A stretch of DNA of 64,000 bases from Lama glama (Eukaryota). Positions 38,006-51,565 of the stretch are shown piece by piece. The stretch covers positions 73,224,001-73,288,000 of the forward strand of contig CM052817.1 of NCBI GenBank assembly GCA_028534125.1, in the 5' to 3' direction. Numbering within the stretch: position 1 is the stretch's first letter; each line of letters starts with the position of its first letter. The position numbers were made by a program, and so were the translations under genes. Under the pieces are notes generated by a model, which worked only from the letters and a program-made list of their open reading frames with translations, did no database searches and had not been told where the DNA came from.

Positions 38006-39591
38006 CTAGGATAAAATATCATTAAGTGTATTAGCTAAAATACTTTTGTAGGTGGTTTATGAGTTTAATGGGAAAATACTCCCCAGACTTAAAGTTTGTC
38101 CTTTGAAAATACACATGTCATCTCCATCTTGCTTCTCTATACTGACCTACAAGTTACCCCTGGCAAAGGAGAACTCTATAGAAAAAGTACTATACTAATT
38201 AATTCTAAAACTCAGAAAATTAGAAAATTCAAATTCTAAACTTTTAATTGAATTATTTTAACACTAGAAAAAAATGAATGGATATGTTATAATTCCCATA
38301 CTAATATTTATGTTAACATTGATTATTTAATTCAAAAATCTGTGTGAAATTAAAGAAGGAAAAATTATAAAAAGTGTAATAATTTATTTAAAGAATGAAC
38401 CATCTAGCAACCATAAAACACAAGATATAGACAACAGCAATTAGTTATTTTTAGTTCATCAAGTAATTAGATAAAATAGCCATAATTTCTAATATGAATT
38501 ACAGACTTAGAAAATGAACTCAACTATAGAAGTACTTTTTTTATGTTTAAGAAATATGGAGGGGAAAAATTGTTCTCAATAGACAGAGGAGGTAAAATAA
38601 TGTATTTCTTCAAACAATGGTCATTTTCATTTATAACATTATATATAAGCACAACTGCCAATCAAGTAGCTTTTAAAACATTCAACTTATATTTTAGAAC
38701 TAGCATTTTTTAATACAGTGAGTTTTAAAAATAATTAGCATAGTATCCTCTAACTCCTTTGCTATATGTAGCTAATTACACTTACAGAACTAAGGCAAAG
38801 ATGGCATTAAGTATATCCTCAAAGAGTACCCTAATTTTAAGTTTTGTTAAGTTCCTTCTATTACTAGTGTCCATGAAGAGATTGTTTCAGAGTTGTAGCA
38901 AGAAAACTATTATAAAAATACAAATGTACTCCTATATTAATGCTAAAAAGATTTAAATTTTTTTTGCAGAAGATTGTAAGAGCTTTTTCATTACTGTGAG
39001 ACTATAAAATACTTTGTTTTAAAAATAAATTTATTTTAAATGGCAACTCATCCTAGAGGGAAAAACAGTGACAGTATTAATTTGCAGTTTATACCTTGTG
39101 ACAACTATCCTTGAAAAAGTTTAAACCATATTTTTTTAAGTGATAAAAAAAACATTAAAATGTGATCATTTGTAAGCTAAATTATGTAGCTGCTGAGCGT
39201 TTATTATTTTATATGTTTGATCTTGTTACATAAGGGTGAAAATGGTTGAGTCACCACAATAGATTTTGTTTTTGTGTTGTTTAGACAACAGAGACTGCAG
39301 ATGTAGCTGTAATTGTCAATGTCGATTCTTCTATTAGGTAACACTTGCAAGTTTGCAAAATTAGCTTTATGGCAAATGATTTGTTATTTAACCAAATCCT
39401 ACTGACAACAAAGGACATTTATACAAGACAGCAGGCTATACAAGACAGCAGGCTCATCTAAATATATATAAGAGGATAACTAATTACAAATAAGTTTGAA
39501 AACTGGCAATATAAAATACAAATAAATTACATGCCATAACTATATAAATAAGTACAATTTCTGCCTACTTTACATTTTAAAGGTAACTTAC

Positions 39592-39642
39592 CTGCAAAGA
39601 CTGAAGTGATTCACTCGGTTCAACTTCATTTTCTTTTATCAT
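39592..39642 (-). CDS. ZGRF1: ZGRF1 exon ~8 (MIKENEVEPSESLQSLQ)
   Basis: TTCCTAAG|ATG acceptor, CAG|GTAAGT donor; 51 nt. Confidence 0.85.
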
Positions 39643-40399
39643 CTTAGGAATAGAACGGTAATATAAGATAAGCCAAAAGGTAATAGTAAGTTAGAAAATA
39701 AAATATAAATTTTATTAGACATAAGAAATATAACACCATTAATAATAATCAAAACAATAAAAACTAAGTGTTGATTAAACACTATTTTTACTTAGCAAGA
39801 ATTTTAAAAGATCTTAGTACTAGCGACTATGAAGTGAAACAAATATTCATACGTAAAACAGTAAGATATTTCGATTTGAGTTGTATCAAGAATCTAAGAA
39901 ACTTGTTCTTGGCCTTTCAAGTTGTCAGTTGGAAATACTCTGAATGCCCAAGATAGGGAAGTGTTTGTCCAAAGAGTAGGATATCCACAGGATGGAATGA
40001 TAAGTAACTTTTAAAAGGTATGTTTAAGAGTTTTTAATGTGAGAAAATACAGTGGTGCTAAGGAGAAAGGATATAAAACTATCTGTACCCATCAATCGAA
40101 TCCTATCTTTATACCAAAAAAAGGCTGGAAATGTTAATAATAATTATCTCTGGGTGGTATGGTAGGTTTTATTTTTTTCTTTACCTTTTTCTATATTTAA
40201 AAAAGGAGGAGAAAATTTATATTATTAAAAAAAATGGAAAATAGAGCATGATACAAGCTGGGGGTAAACCAAACAATGAAAGAATTGTCCCTCCCAACGT
40301 CCTAAAAGCATCTTCATTGAGTGAGAAACACTACCCTATATAATCTGTTCTAGAATTCCAATTCATCATAATTAGTACTATTACTTTCTATATTATTTC

Positions 40400-41160
40400 C
40401 ATGGTTCTCAAACTGGTGTAACGAGGTACTTTTGGGTGCCACAGTGAACTCAATGGGGACTCCACAAGATATTTTAAATTTGAGGGAAATACAGTTTCAT
40501 TAGACATCTGTCAGAAAATGAACAAACTACTAACTCAAGGTAGCTCAGTTTCAACAGTGGATCTCGTGTATTTCTTCTAGTGACATCACATCCTTGTGAA
40601 GCTGGGTTTTAGGAAACTGCTATGATAAAAATCAATTACCATGCAAAAATCGGGGGGTGAGGGTTATAGCTCAGTGGTAGAGTGCACGCTTAACATACAC
40701 GAGGTCCCTGGTTCAATCCCCGGTACCTCCATTAAAAATAAACAAATAAACATAATTATCTCCTCCCAAAAAATGATAAAAAAAAAAAGGAAGAAAAGAG
40801 AAAAAAAATCAATGTGGACCAGGAAACTGAATCTATTTTCCAAGTTTTGAAAAGTTGCACAGTGCCCAACAAGTGCACAGATTCCATTATGGTGTTTATT
40901 CAAAAATAAAATGCTTATGGTAATCATTTCACAATTTATGCATATATCAAATCATTATGTTGTACATCTTAAACTAATACAATGCTATATCACAATAAAA
41001 CTGAAAGAAAAAAACTTACCAAGTTACTAGGACATGATACTTAAGTTTCTAATTCTACTAATTAAATAAATGGAACTGTGAGATTTCTTTTGGCCAAGGA
41101 ATGCAATAAAAAAAAATTACTGAAATACAGGGCAGGTCATGAACCAAGATAACTTCAGAC
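40400..41160. mobile_element. hAT-Charlie1-like DNA transposon relic interrupted by a SINE and an L1 tail
   Basis: AAATCAATGTGGACCAGGAAA...TTGAAAAGTTGCACAGTGCCCAACAAG, Charlie1-like by eye. Confidence 0.55.
40652..40800 (+). mobile_element. Vic-type SINE
   Basis: GGGTTATAGCTCAGTGGTAGAGTGCACGCTTAACATACACGAGGTCCCTGGTTCAATCCCCGGTACCTCC plus A-rich tail. Confidence 0.9.
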
Positions 41161-41242
41161 CCTCTGTATTTCTATAATCTCATCACAAACTACAGAACAT
41201 TCTATATCAAAATAAAAAATGTATTGACAGAAAAAAATGTAC

Positions 41243-41316
41243 CTGTTGAGGATCCTGGTTCAGATAAGGAGACTTTGGTATAGCTTGTGACACTACTGTA
41301 GTCAATGGTTTCCTAG
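41243..41316 (-). CDS. ZGRF1: ZGRF1 exon ~7 ((A)RKPLTTVVSQAIPKSPYLNQDPQQ)
   Basis: TATAG|CT acceptor (phase 1), CAG|GTACAT donor; 74 nt. Confidence 0.85.
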
Positions 41317-42243
41317 CTATAATGGACAAAACCCAATGATCTTATTTATCAAACATACAGCAGTGCTCTAAAAATTTTAACTTATTTCTAAAATGGAAAG
41401 AAACATGGAATATAACTTAAACTATTTTCTAAGTACAGTATGCCAAGGACTGGGAAAACAGCAGTGAACAAAACAAACAAGATCCCTTGAAGAGAGGGAC
41501 ACAGACACAGAAGATAAACAAATCCAGATTGTGATACAACAGGATTTCATAACACAGGGTGATACAATGGAAAGTAACTTTAGGATGATTCGGAGAGACC
41601 GCTCATACGAAATTAACATTTATGCTGAGACCTGAAGACATGACAAAAACAGCTATATGAGGGGTAAAAGTGTAGGTGTTCAGGAGAAAAGCAGAACAAG
41701 TCTAAAGACTGAGACAAAAAAGCTGGCAAGCCTGCAGAGTGGAACGGACAAGGTGGCTAGACCACATATCACTTTATCAGGTATCCGTTTAAAAGGAGAG
41801 TTTTTTCTTAATAGAAATTCAACTCAATACTCTAATTTCTTCTAAAATCACCAATAAGACTATAATTTTAAAGTGGTTTTAAGGAAAGAATAAATTAAAT
41901 AAAACAACAAAAAAAGTGGATTTTGGAACCAGAGGTTATTTAGAAAAAGGGCTTTAAAAAGGCACTGGATGAAAATTGTGTTTTCCTTTACTGCTTCCAC
42001 CCAAGAATAAAATTCTAAATTAACATTTCTAAAATATATTTAATCATCTCACAAAAACTTCTACTTGAGAAAAATTTTTTAAAACACTTTCACGTATCCT
42101 AAATGGTGGTAAAACTAATTTTCCTATAATTCTGTATTAAGCTCCACGAAGTTATTTGTTATATTCCAATAAAAAATTCCATTTTCTCAAACTGTCTCAG
42201 GAAAACCAATTTAATCATTTTTAGAGAAATATATCAGAAAATA

Positions 42244-43010
42244 GAGTCAATCCTCCTTATTCACAGATTCCGCCTACTTGCTAAAATTTACTTGTAACCC
42301 CCAAATCAATACTCAGTGTTTCTGAGGTCATTTGCAGACACGCAGAGCTACAAAAAAAATGAGTTGCTCTATGTGCACATTCCCAGCTGAGGTAGAACAA
42401 GGCAACATTCTGCCTTCTAATTTCAGCTCTTACACTATAAACAAGTGTCCTTTTTATGGTCTATTTTGTACATTTTCCACATTTTGGGGCTTTTTGTTGG
42501 TGAGTTTGCTATCTAAAATGTTCCCTAAGCATAGTGCTGCCTAGTGTTTCTAAGTGCAAGAAGGCTGTGATGTTTCCTATGTAGAAAACATGTGATAAGT
42601 TTCATTTAGGCATGAGTTATAGTGCTGTTGGTCACCAGTTCAAAGTTAATCAACAATATAGAGGGAAGGGTATAGCTCAAGTGGTAGAGCGCATACTTAG
42701 CATGCATGAGGTCCTGGGTTCAACTCCCAGTAAATCCTCCAAATATAAATACATACATAAACAAACAAACAAACCTAATTACCTCCTTGTCATTAAAAAA
42801 AGAAGAAGAAAACAATATATATTAAACAAGGTGTCTTTAAATGGAAACACATAAAACAAGGTTTGGTATGGATAATTGACAAAAATGTTCCAACCAGAGG
42901 TTTGAAGGAAACTAACCCTGCATTTCTCCTAAAAGCAATGGCTCATTGTTCACTAATTCCGTTTGGTGACTTTATAGAACATAACCACCACAAATAATGA
43001 GAATCAACTG
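42244..43010. mobile_element. Tigger4/Zombi-type DNA transposon
   Basis: TA-flanked TIRs GAGTCAATCCTCCTTATT and AATAATGAGAATCAACTG; internal CTACTTGCTAAAATTTACTTGTAACCCCCAAATCAATACTC. Confidence 0.8.
42661..42810 (+). mobile_element. Vic-type SINE nested in the Tigger4-type element
   Basis: tRNA-like body; TSD AACAATATA at 42652-42660 and 42811-42819. Confidence 0.9.
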
Positions 43011-43439
43011 TAATCCCCTTTTCCAACTTAATGAGAAAAGAGTAAATTTCCCAAAACTAAATTCTATAATTTCTAAATCTTCATATTAGGAATTCATATC
43101 CTTATATGACATTTCATTACCACATCTACCCACATATATTTTTCAGAAGTTTCTTATTTTTAGTTTTTTAGAAAATAAACTAACAATCGTCATCAAATCT
43201 AACTACATTTTAAAGAAACATTTTGCTAGGTATAATAATTTACTCCTATTTTTCCTCAGGGATTCCTTGAGATATTCAAATAAGAGTTCAATTTTAACCT
43301 TTGAGTATCATAAAGTAACTTGTTCATTCACATTCATATATACATCATATTTATTAAAATGTTCTATAATACTATTTTTCTTGAAAAAATGCTGTTGGCA
43401 ACATACTATAAGCCAAGTCAAAATACCAATCAATGACAT

Positions 43440-44150
43440 ACTGAAATAAAATATCTGCGACAGATGTTATAGAAAAAGGGTTGATATCTCTAACATATAA
43501 AGAACCCTTACAAATCAAAGAGAACAAAAAGATCAACAACCATTAAAACACTGGACAAAAGGGTAGAGCAGACAGTTCACAAAAAAGAACAAATGATGCT
43601 GAAGCATATGAAAAGCTCAATTTCACTTGTAGTAATAGAAATACAAACTTAAAATACACTCTCATTTCTCATCTATTAGATTGGTAAAAATTCAAAAGCT
43701 TGGCGACACACTTGATTGGCAATGCTATAAAGACACAGGCATTCTCACACGTTACTGGTGGGAGTGAGAAATGGTATGATTCCTTCGAGGGAATTTTGAA
43801 GTATCTAACAAAGACATACATTTACCTAACAACCCTACTGCTAGGAATTTGCCCTGAAGACACACCTCCAACAACATGCAAAAAGCCCATATAGTTACAT
43901 AAATACAGATATATAAGGTTACTTTTATGACATTTGCAATAGCAAAATATTGGAGACTGGTTGCATAAATGATGGTTCATTGACACAATAAAATTATATG
44001 GCTAAAAACAAACAAAATGAGGATAAGTCCTATGAATTGATATGAAGTGATTTCCAGGATATATTAGGCAAAAAGAAGCACGGTGCTAAAGAATATATAG
44101 AGTATGATAACTTACGTTGAATGAGGGGAAAGAATTTATATATGGAGCTG
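43440..44150 (+). mobile_element. Ancient L1M relic
   Basis: AAAGAACCCTTACAAATCAA...GAGCAGACAGTTCACAAAAAAAG...TGGTGGGAGTGAGAAATGGTA. Confidence 0.7.
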
Positions 44151-44805
44151 TTTATTTTTTAGAAAACCACCCCCCGCAAATCACAGGTATGATACATTGG
44201 TTGCCTACAGCAGGTTGGCAGTGATAGGATAAAAGACATAAGGAAGGAATCCGAGAAAAATCGACAAGGATGGCAAAAAAGCCCTCATGGAATATAAACT
44301 AAACAACGAACTTAACTATGTTTATATAAAATGGTAACATAATCATACCAAGAGATAAAAGATAACTCAGTAACTTTGGAACATAATAATCCAACTCTGT
44401 AGTCTCAGGGCATACTCTTAAAACCCCCTCCCCCCGCAAAAAAAAAAACAAAAAACCACCAAAGCAAAAAAAAAAAAAAAATTCCAAAAATGAAAAACAA
44501 AAACAAAACCCAAAACAAAGAAAAACAAAACTCCAAGGAAATTTGTTTTTTGCTACTAGTGATAATGGTTTAACAACCTGGAAACTATTTGGTGTGCACT
44601 GTAGAATTGAGGAAGTAAATACACTGATGTTGGGCCCCAGGGCTCTTTCCACTGTAAGACTAAAGAAACACAATTAATGGAATGAAGGAAAGAGGAACCC
44701 TGCGGTTAAGAATTGGCATGAGAGATACCAGTATGAAATCATTTTTTTCTTAAAAAAGTTATCTCCTGGCACATGTACAAAAATGTATCATAGGAATGAA
44801 TTATC

Positions 44806-44824
44806 ACACACACACACACACAAC

Positions 44825-44858
<34 letters not shown>
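44806..44858. repeat. (CA)n microsatellite, interrupted
   Basis: Visible CA runs. Confidence 0.95.
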
Positions 44859-44863
<5 letters not shown>

Positions 44864-45159
44864 TCACTTATATGTGCCTATATACATACGCACAACATAT
44901 TTTGGAAGGATACCCTGGAGGTAGAGCGTGGCTAATTATGAGGAGTAGACTAAAGAACTGTGGTAGGAAGGAGACTTACTTTTCACTACAGTATCCTCTA
45001 TTAGATTGGTTTTACCAAGTACATGTATTGCCTATTTAAATATTAAATACTATGTAATTCTTCAATGTAGCCTCCAGACCAAGTATGTACCTTCTTATCC
45101 TCTGAACTATAGAGAACAATCCGAAACAGATATGCCATTCTAAGCTTCAGGATTGCTAC

Positions 45160-47380
45160 CTGGCTCATATGTCTGCTGGGTTCCTTGTTGTTTAAAGGAG
45201 TTATTTTTCCTTCTCAGTATTTCCAAGCCTTCTAAAGCCGTACTGTGTTCAGACAATGATTTTAATAGGGAAATGTTATTTACTAATCCAGAAAGTTCTG
45301 AAGAATTTCTAGGATTATTCCCATATTGTTTGCCTTCTCCAACAGTTCCCACTTCAGTATCATCCTGCTGTAAGCCTCTACTCCTTCCCAAATCTTCAGA
45401 TTCAGGAACATGTGCTTCTGTGTCTTTGGAAATAGGATGCTTTTTCCCCAGAGGATAAAACGAAGAATTGGAAACGTGAGTATGTGATTTACCAAGTGCA
45501 ATACATTCTTCAGAGTGATTCTGATTGGCATTTAATAGTCGGATACTGTTGTCACTGCTAGAGGTTAATGGTAAAACCTGTTCAGTATTTTTGTCTAAGT
45601 CACTTCCCACAAAAAAAGGCTGAGGCTGAGCCTTTTCTGAAAACAGGCTGTTTTCAGGATTCTGATTACTGGATATGTTTAAAAACTGAGGACTATGTAA
45701 ATCTGTGTTTATACCTATAGATTTACTTGGGTGTGAAGCAAAATCATAGTTAACTCTGACTTTTTGGATAGATTCACTAGTGTCTTCATTATTACCTATG
45801 CATACATCATCAGTCCACTCTAAAGATGAGTCAAAATTGCTTAATGTGTCATTACACTCCTCTTTTATTCCTTTTCCAGTGTTTCCAGCTTTCCAAGGTA
45901 CCATGTCAAAGCCTACACAAGTTTTATCACAAAACTGTGATGGTAGAATCTCTTTCATAGGAAATGTCTCTGAAAGTTTGCCCCCAGTAGGCACTGAGAG
46001 AGGCAAGTGTTCACTGCCAACTTCATTACCGCTTACATTCTCACATCTTGAAATGCTGTCATGAACCAAAGTTTCCTTTACCCAACCCTCTGAATCCTGG
46101 GAGATTTTATTGCTTTCCTGTGACTCCTCCTCAGTGTCACTGGTTTCAAAATTGTTCAGATTAAAAGTTACCTCCACAAGTGGTTGTGCTACATTATTCA
46201 CAGGTTCATGAATACTACTAAGGTTTTCATTATCAGTATTACTTTTAGAAAATGTATCAGTAATGTCATCAGAGATCCTAGAATTGTTACTTAGTGAAGA
46301 CTCAATTTGTAGATGTTTATATGCCTTTTCTGGTGTTCCATGTATATTTATCTCCTGAGCCTTTTCTCTGAGAATTGATTCTTTTATATCCATCTGATAC
46401 TTGTGATTAACAGGCATTTTATTATTTTCTGGAACGTCAGATTCTGATAAGCCATCATTTTCTACATTGCTACAGGTAACTGGTAAATTGCTGCTTTCAC
46501 AGAATGAAGGAGTTTCTAATTTTACTTCTTGATCCCAGGGTTGATCATTATCATCTACTGGCTTGTCTTCATTATACTTTTTTCCCTTTTCAGCACTTGT
46601 TTCAAAGAACTGTATCCTTTTTTGAACAAAAAGGTCTTTCGAATTTAAATTTATATTACCTCCCTGGGCCTCTGGGTTTTTTTCTGTATCATTCCCATCT
46701 ACTGAAGAAGAATGCATAGTTGAACTCTGTGAAGATAAATATATGGCCCATCGGCTTTTATTTCTCATGGTATTTTCTGATTGATGTTGGTGGTATAAAC
46801 TTTCTGTGCTTTTCACCTCGGCATCCTCTTCCTGTTCAATTAAGCACTCTGACTTAGTAGGAATTTTTAAACTGCCTTGTGGTTTTATCTGAGGGAAATG
46901 TCTTATAATCTCAGAATTTAGTTCCTTAGACGTACTAATTGGCTTGGACTTCAGCAGAGCTAATATCTGGGCTTTGCTTCTAATGTTTTGTGAAACTCCT
47001 GAATAGTGAGATACCAAACTCTCTCTTTTCGTGGGCTCGTTGGTCAGTAAAGAATCTGAATGCTTATTTACAGAACTGACAGGAGAACAAAGATAATTTT
47101 CTTCACATAGCATTTCTGGGTTAACCTCAAAGGATGGTGTAGAGACAACAGAAGAAAAAGGTATGCCATTTCTTTCTCTGTTCTTATAAGAGACAATGTT
47201 CCCATGGTCTGTTGTCATATTATTTATATCTTCCTTGCCAACAGTAGAAAACAAAGGAGGTGTACTGTAGAACGGAGAAAGAAAAATAGGGCCAGGTTTC
47301 TTAGCCTCAAGTAAAGCAGCTGATTCACCATTTTCTGAAATAACCATTTTCTTTGGCACTTGATGTGGTCCTTGAAAACC
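45160..47380 (-). CDS. ZGRF1: ZGRF1 large exon ~6 (about 740 aa, S/E/N/K-rich, probably disordered)
   Basis: ORF 45140..47359; TTTTTTAG|GGT acceptor at 47381-47382; phase-1 donor CAG|GTAGCA at 45160/45159 (inferred). Confidence 0.93.
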
Positions 47381-47681
47381 CTAAAAAATTAAACAGTTAT
47401 TGGCTATTCCATAAACTACAAAGAAAATGTGAAAAGAACTAAATAAAAAAGTGTACGTTTCACAAGGTAAAGTAATAATTAAAATATAAAATTTACTAAG
47501 TTAAAATGCAAACACTCATCTGTATTAAGATTATTCTAATTAGGGTTTTCTTCCTTTCTACCTAAGCATATACTACGAAATACTGTTTTAATAACACAAC
47601 ACAGAACCTTCAAAATTCACTACTTCTTGAAACAATTTTGTAAACATACATTGATTTATTATTTTCAACAGAGAAACTTAC

Positions 47682-47867
47682 AGTAAACTTCCTTTTCAAA
47701 CCAGAAGGCTGACATCCAAGGGACTGGCCAGAAGATAAAAACCTCTTTGAATTTACCGCTGGTGCTTCTTTACTAACATCCTGTTTAATATCTATGCTTC
47801 CAGCAACTTTAACCTCTTCGACTGTGATTAAGTAACGATCACTTTCTAAATCATCTCCAGGTTTCAC
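47682..47867 (-). CDS. ZGRF1: ZGRF1 exon ~5 (VKPGDDLESDRYLITVEEV...GLKRKFT)
   Basis: ORF 47610..47867; TTAG|GTG acceptor, ACT|GTAAGT donor; end of the N-terminal DUF2439-like region. Confidence 0.95.
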
Positions 47868-49278
47868 CTAAATTTTAAAGAATAAATGTCAGAATCATAT
47901 ACAACTAATTATCTGATTATCTATGTGTTCTAATAAGCTACTGGCACAAGCAAGGACATAATGGATATTTAATAAATAGTTGTTGAATGAATTTTATTAC
48001 TATGCACTAGTTAACTATCAACAAGCACAAAAAAAGTAATACAACAACAAAAAAGTCACTAATTTGTTTATTCATCAATACACATTAGGGATGTATACGA
48101 GGACTTTTGTTTTACATGGGGGATACAAAGACAAGCAAGAAAAATATGTCTCCTCTCAAGGACTTCATTTAAAATCCATAAAACTAAATGTAATTTTTAA
48201 AAATTAAAGCTATTAAATAATAAATTATATATTTTTATAAATTAATGTGAATTGGATACATGCTCATAATTATCACTAATTATAAATTGTTAGTTACTTA
48301 AATAATCATATCCAAAAAAAGCACTTTTAATCACCTTAAGAAACAAAATATAGTACTTGCCACCTTCCTGACTGTAGCATAAAAATAAGATTATCAATCT
48401 AGTTTACAACACAAAATCTGTGTATTATCATAGATAAAATGCTTACTCTTTACTCATGAATAATTTTAAACAAAATAATAACAGCAGTTGTTACCACTAA
48501 GTAAGCATCAAATAAAATAGCATTTCTCATAGACCCTCTTTCAGTAAGTATAAAAATTCCACAACCACTATTCATGTCATATAAAATTTTTAAATAGATT
48601 AAGTAACATGGCCAAAATCAACACAATGATAATAGAAATATGCATTTTAATACTTTTAGCATCACCGTACTAAACTGCTAGGCACTTAACATAAGCTATT
48701 TCTAATTGTCAGACTAACCCAGTAAAGTCTGGCTAAAGTCTACATTTTACAGTGTGTAAGTTAAATACAGAAAGGTTAGGTTAGGTAGGAAGTATGTGAA
48801 AGTGGGAAATGAAACCGGAACAAACAACTCTAATATTCTTATTCTTTATACCTTTAGTTCCCTTTAGTTCCGTTTCCTTCCTTTTCCAACAAAGGAAAAC
48901 AGAATATTTGAGAAAATATTTTAAATAGGATAATTTCACAAAATATATCCCACTGTAGTTCTCTCCTTATCAAAACCACATAATAGAGTTGGATACTTTC
49001 TGGGTTCAAATCCTAGCCCTACCACTGTAACTCTGAACCTGGGCAAGTTACTTAACCTTTTGTATTACACTCCTAGTCTACAAAAATCACAGGGTTTATA
49101 AACATTAAATAAAACAAGATCTAAAAGCTTTTAGCAGAGTTTGGCTAATAATAAATGTTCAATACTTAATAGCTATAATTATTAGTATTAGTACCATTAT
49201 TACTATACTATTTAACAATATTTATAAAGGAAATAAGATTTTTTAACAGTAACTTAAAAGACAGGTACATTAAAATAC

Positions 49279-49338
49279 CTCAGGGCACTTAAGAAATATA
49301 CTCTCCAAACACTGTCCTTTGTCATCATATAAAATTGC
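49279..49338 (-). CDS. ZGRF1: ZGRF1 exon ~4 (AILYDDKGQCLESIFLKCPE)
   Basis: ATAG|GCA acceptor, GAG|GTATTT donor; 60 nt. Confidence 0.92.
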
Positions 49339-49561
49339 CTATATTAAGACAAAACAAATGTTAAAAACGTTTTTAAAAAAAGAGACATCTTTTTTTCTTA
49401 AACATCTTCAAAAGCAAATCAAAGTGTTATACAAGTAAATCATGTAACGAAAGGATTACCCCCTTTGTTAACTTGGATTAGAAAGTGCATCTATCTCAAA
49501 TGTTTACTAAATATCCATTCAGTGTGTGCAAGAGAGCAAAAGCATACACACAAGAAATTCA

Positions 49562-49691
49562 AGAACTTAATCCCTACTAGGAGAATCTTGGGATGGGATT
49601 GTGGAGAAAACAGAACTGGAATGAGTTAGAACTTAATCCCTACCAGGAGAATCTTGGGATGGGATTGTGGAGAAAACAGAACTGGAATGAG
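49562..49691. repeat. 64-bp tandem duplication (1 mismatch)
   Basis: Copies at 49562-49625 and 49628-49691. Confidence 0.92.
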
Positions 49692-49994
49692 CTCAAAAAC
49701 AAAAACAAAAAAATCAATACATATGAAATAGTATGAAGAAAAAAGATCAACAGTAAAGAGATGACTGTACCAGCACGGTATGGAGGATTGAGGAGATACT
49801 TAGTGCTTGAAATAAGTCATCAGCACTGGGATATGACAATTGTTTAAGAAGTTTAATGAATAAAACTTGTTGAATGTGAGGGATATGGGAGAAAATAGAA
49901 GCTAAAGTGATTATCATTTTCTGGCTTTCTCCTTGGGTCTCTCTAGCCATTTTTCATAGTGGTTTCTCCACTAACCCCTTAAATATTAGTTTCC

Positions 49995-50410
49995 ATCACT
50001 TTGAAAAACTGTTGGCAGTTCTTTAAAAGATAAACACAGAGTTCCCAAATGATCCAGCAATTCCACCCCTAGGTATACATACAGAGAAATGAAAACATGT
50101 CTTCCCAAAAACTTGCAAACAAATGTTCACAGCAGCGTTATTCATAATACCAAAAAGTAAAAACAACTCAAAAGTTAATCACCAATGGATAAACAAGATG
50201 TGATACATCCATAAGATCGAATATTAGTTCAGCAATAGAAAGGGATAAAGTATTGATACATCCTTCAACATGGATGAACCTTAAAAACATGCTAAAAAAG
50301 TCATTCACTAAAGACCACTTATTCCATAACCCCATCCATATGAAAAGGCCAGAATATGCAAATCTGTAGAGATAATAAGTAGACTAATGTTTACTTAGGG
50401 CTGCGGGTTG
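49995..50410 (+). mobile_element. L1M 3' relic
   Basis: CACTTTGAAAAACTGTTGGCAGTTCTTT...GATCCAGCAATTCCACCCCTAGGTATA...AACATGGATGAACCTT. Confidence 0.8.
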
Positions 50411-51264
50411 GGTACTGAGTAGTGCCTTGATCAGATTTCTTACCAAGAATCACACTGGACAGTGAATGGATTAATTAACATCTGATAAGTGAAGAGCAGG
50501 ATTCAGGCTAACGTCTATTTGACATTTAACTGCTCTTCTACATTGCTTCCAAATTATCTTAGTTGAATTTTCCCAGTACATAAGAGCAATATGTGTGCTG
50601 AATGATGACTTAATTAATGAAAGATGAATAACCCTGACAGTCAGAATTTGAATACATAGAGAAAAGGCATTACTAGCAAGAGAAACAGTGTAAGCAATGG
50701 CTTGGATTTGGAAACAAAGGTGTTATTTAGGATATGAGATTATCGGCTTTTCTGGATCACACAAAACCTCTGGGACTAACTTGTATTTATTTTGTTTTCC
50801 TATAACCTACCAGTTGAGGCATATCAATAAATATATGCTAGAGTTGAAGATAAATCGATAATACCACTAGCATATGGTTAACACAGTGATTCTGTACTAG
50901 AAGACTTGCAGGACAGGCAGAATCTAATCATATACCTTATTAAAATAACACAAAATCTATAAAATTTTAAAGACTTGGCCTTAACTGAATAGGAAGAACA
51001 TAAAAGAATACAGGATCACATTGGACAGTGAATGGATTAATTAGCTTAAAAGTATCTAGCTTGTTCAACTAAAGTTGATTAAATATTAAGCAAGGACTCA
51101 ACTAAAAGTTAAACTAAACTAGGTTTATAAATTGAATAGAATCTGTAAGTTGAACTTGAAAGCTTAAGGCAAAACTAGTTTTCTCCTTTTTGTTCTATTT
51201 AGGCCTTCCACTGATTGGATGAAGCCCACCCACAGTGAGAGCAATCTGCTTTAGTCATTTATTT

Positions 51265-51565
51265 ATTTTATCGAGGTATATTTTTGATATGTATTTAATT
51301 TCCAGGTGTACAACTCAATGATTTGATATTTGTATGCACTGCAAAATGATCCTAAGTCTAGCTACCATCCATCACCATCCGTAGTTACAAAAATTCTTTT
51401 TCTTGTGATGAGGACTTTTAAGATTTACTCTCTGCAATTTTCAAATATATAATACAGTATTATTAACTATAGTTGCTATATTGTACATTACAGCACCATG
51501 ACTTGTTTATTTTGGAAGTGGAAGTTTGTACCTTTTGGCCTCCTTCACCCATTTTTCCCACCACC
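51265..51565 (-). mobile_element. L1 3' end fragment, same type as 22445-22840
   Basis: TTCCAGGTGTACAACTCAATGATTTGATATTTG...TTTTCTTGTGATGAGGACTTTTAAGATTTACTCTC. Confidence 0.75.

Noticed and set aside
39421..39454. 17-bp tandem duplication ATACAAGACAGCAGGCT, plus similar small repeats (48851-48870, (GATG)n at ~15280, A-rich run at 44437-44530)
   Set aside because: Ordinary slippage products or decayed poly-A tails
40660..40730. tRNA-like sequences here and at ~1940, 25385, 42670 and 60180
   Set aside because: A-rich tails, TSDs and degenerate cloverleaf indicate tRNA-derived SINEs, not tRNA genes
45153..46719. Antisense and alternative-frame ORFs within exon 6
   Set aside because: Short shadow ORFs of a long coding exon
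49562..49691. CRISPR-like repeat
   Set aside because: Only two adjacent copies with no spacers, in mammalian intronic DNA
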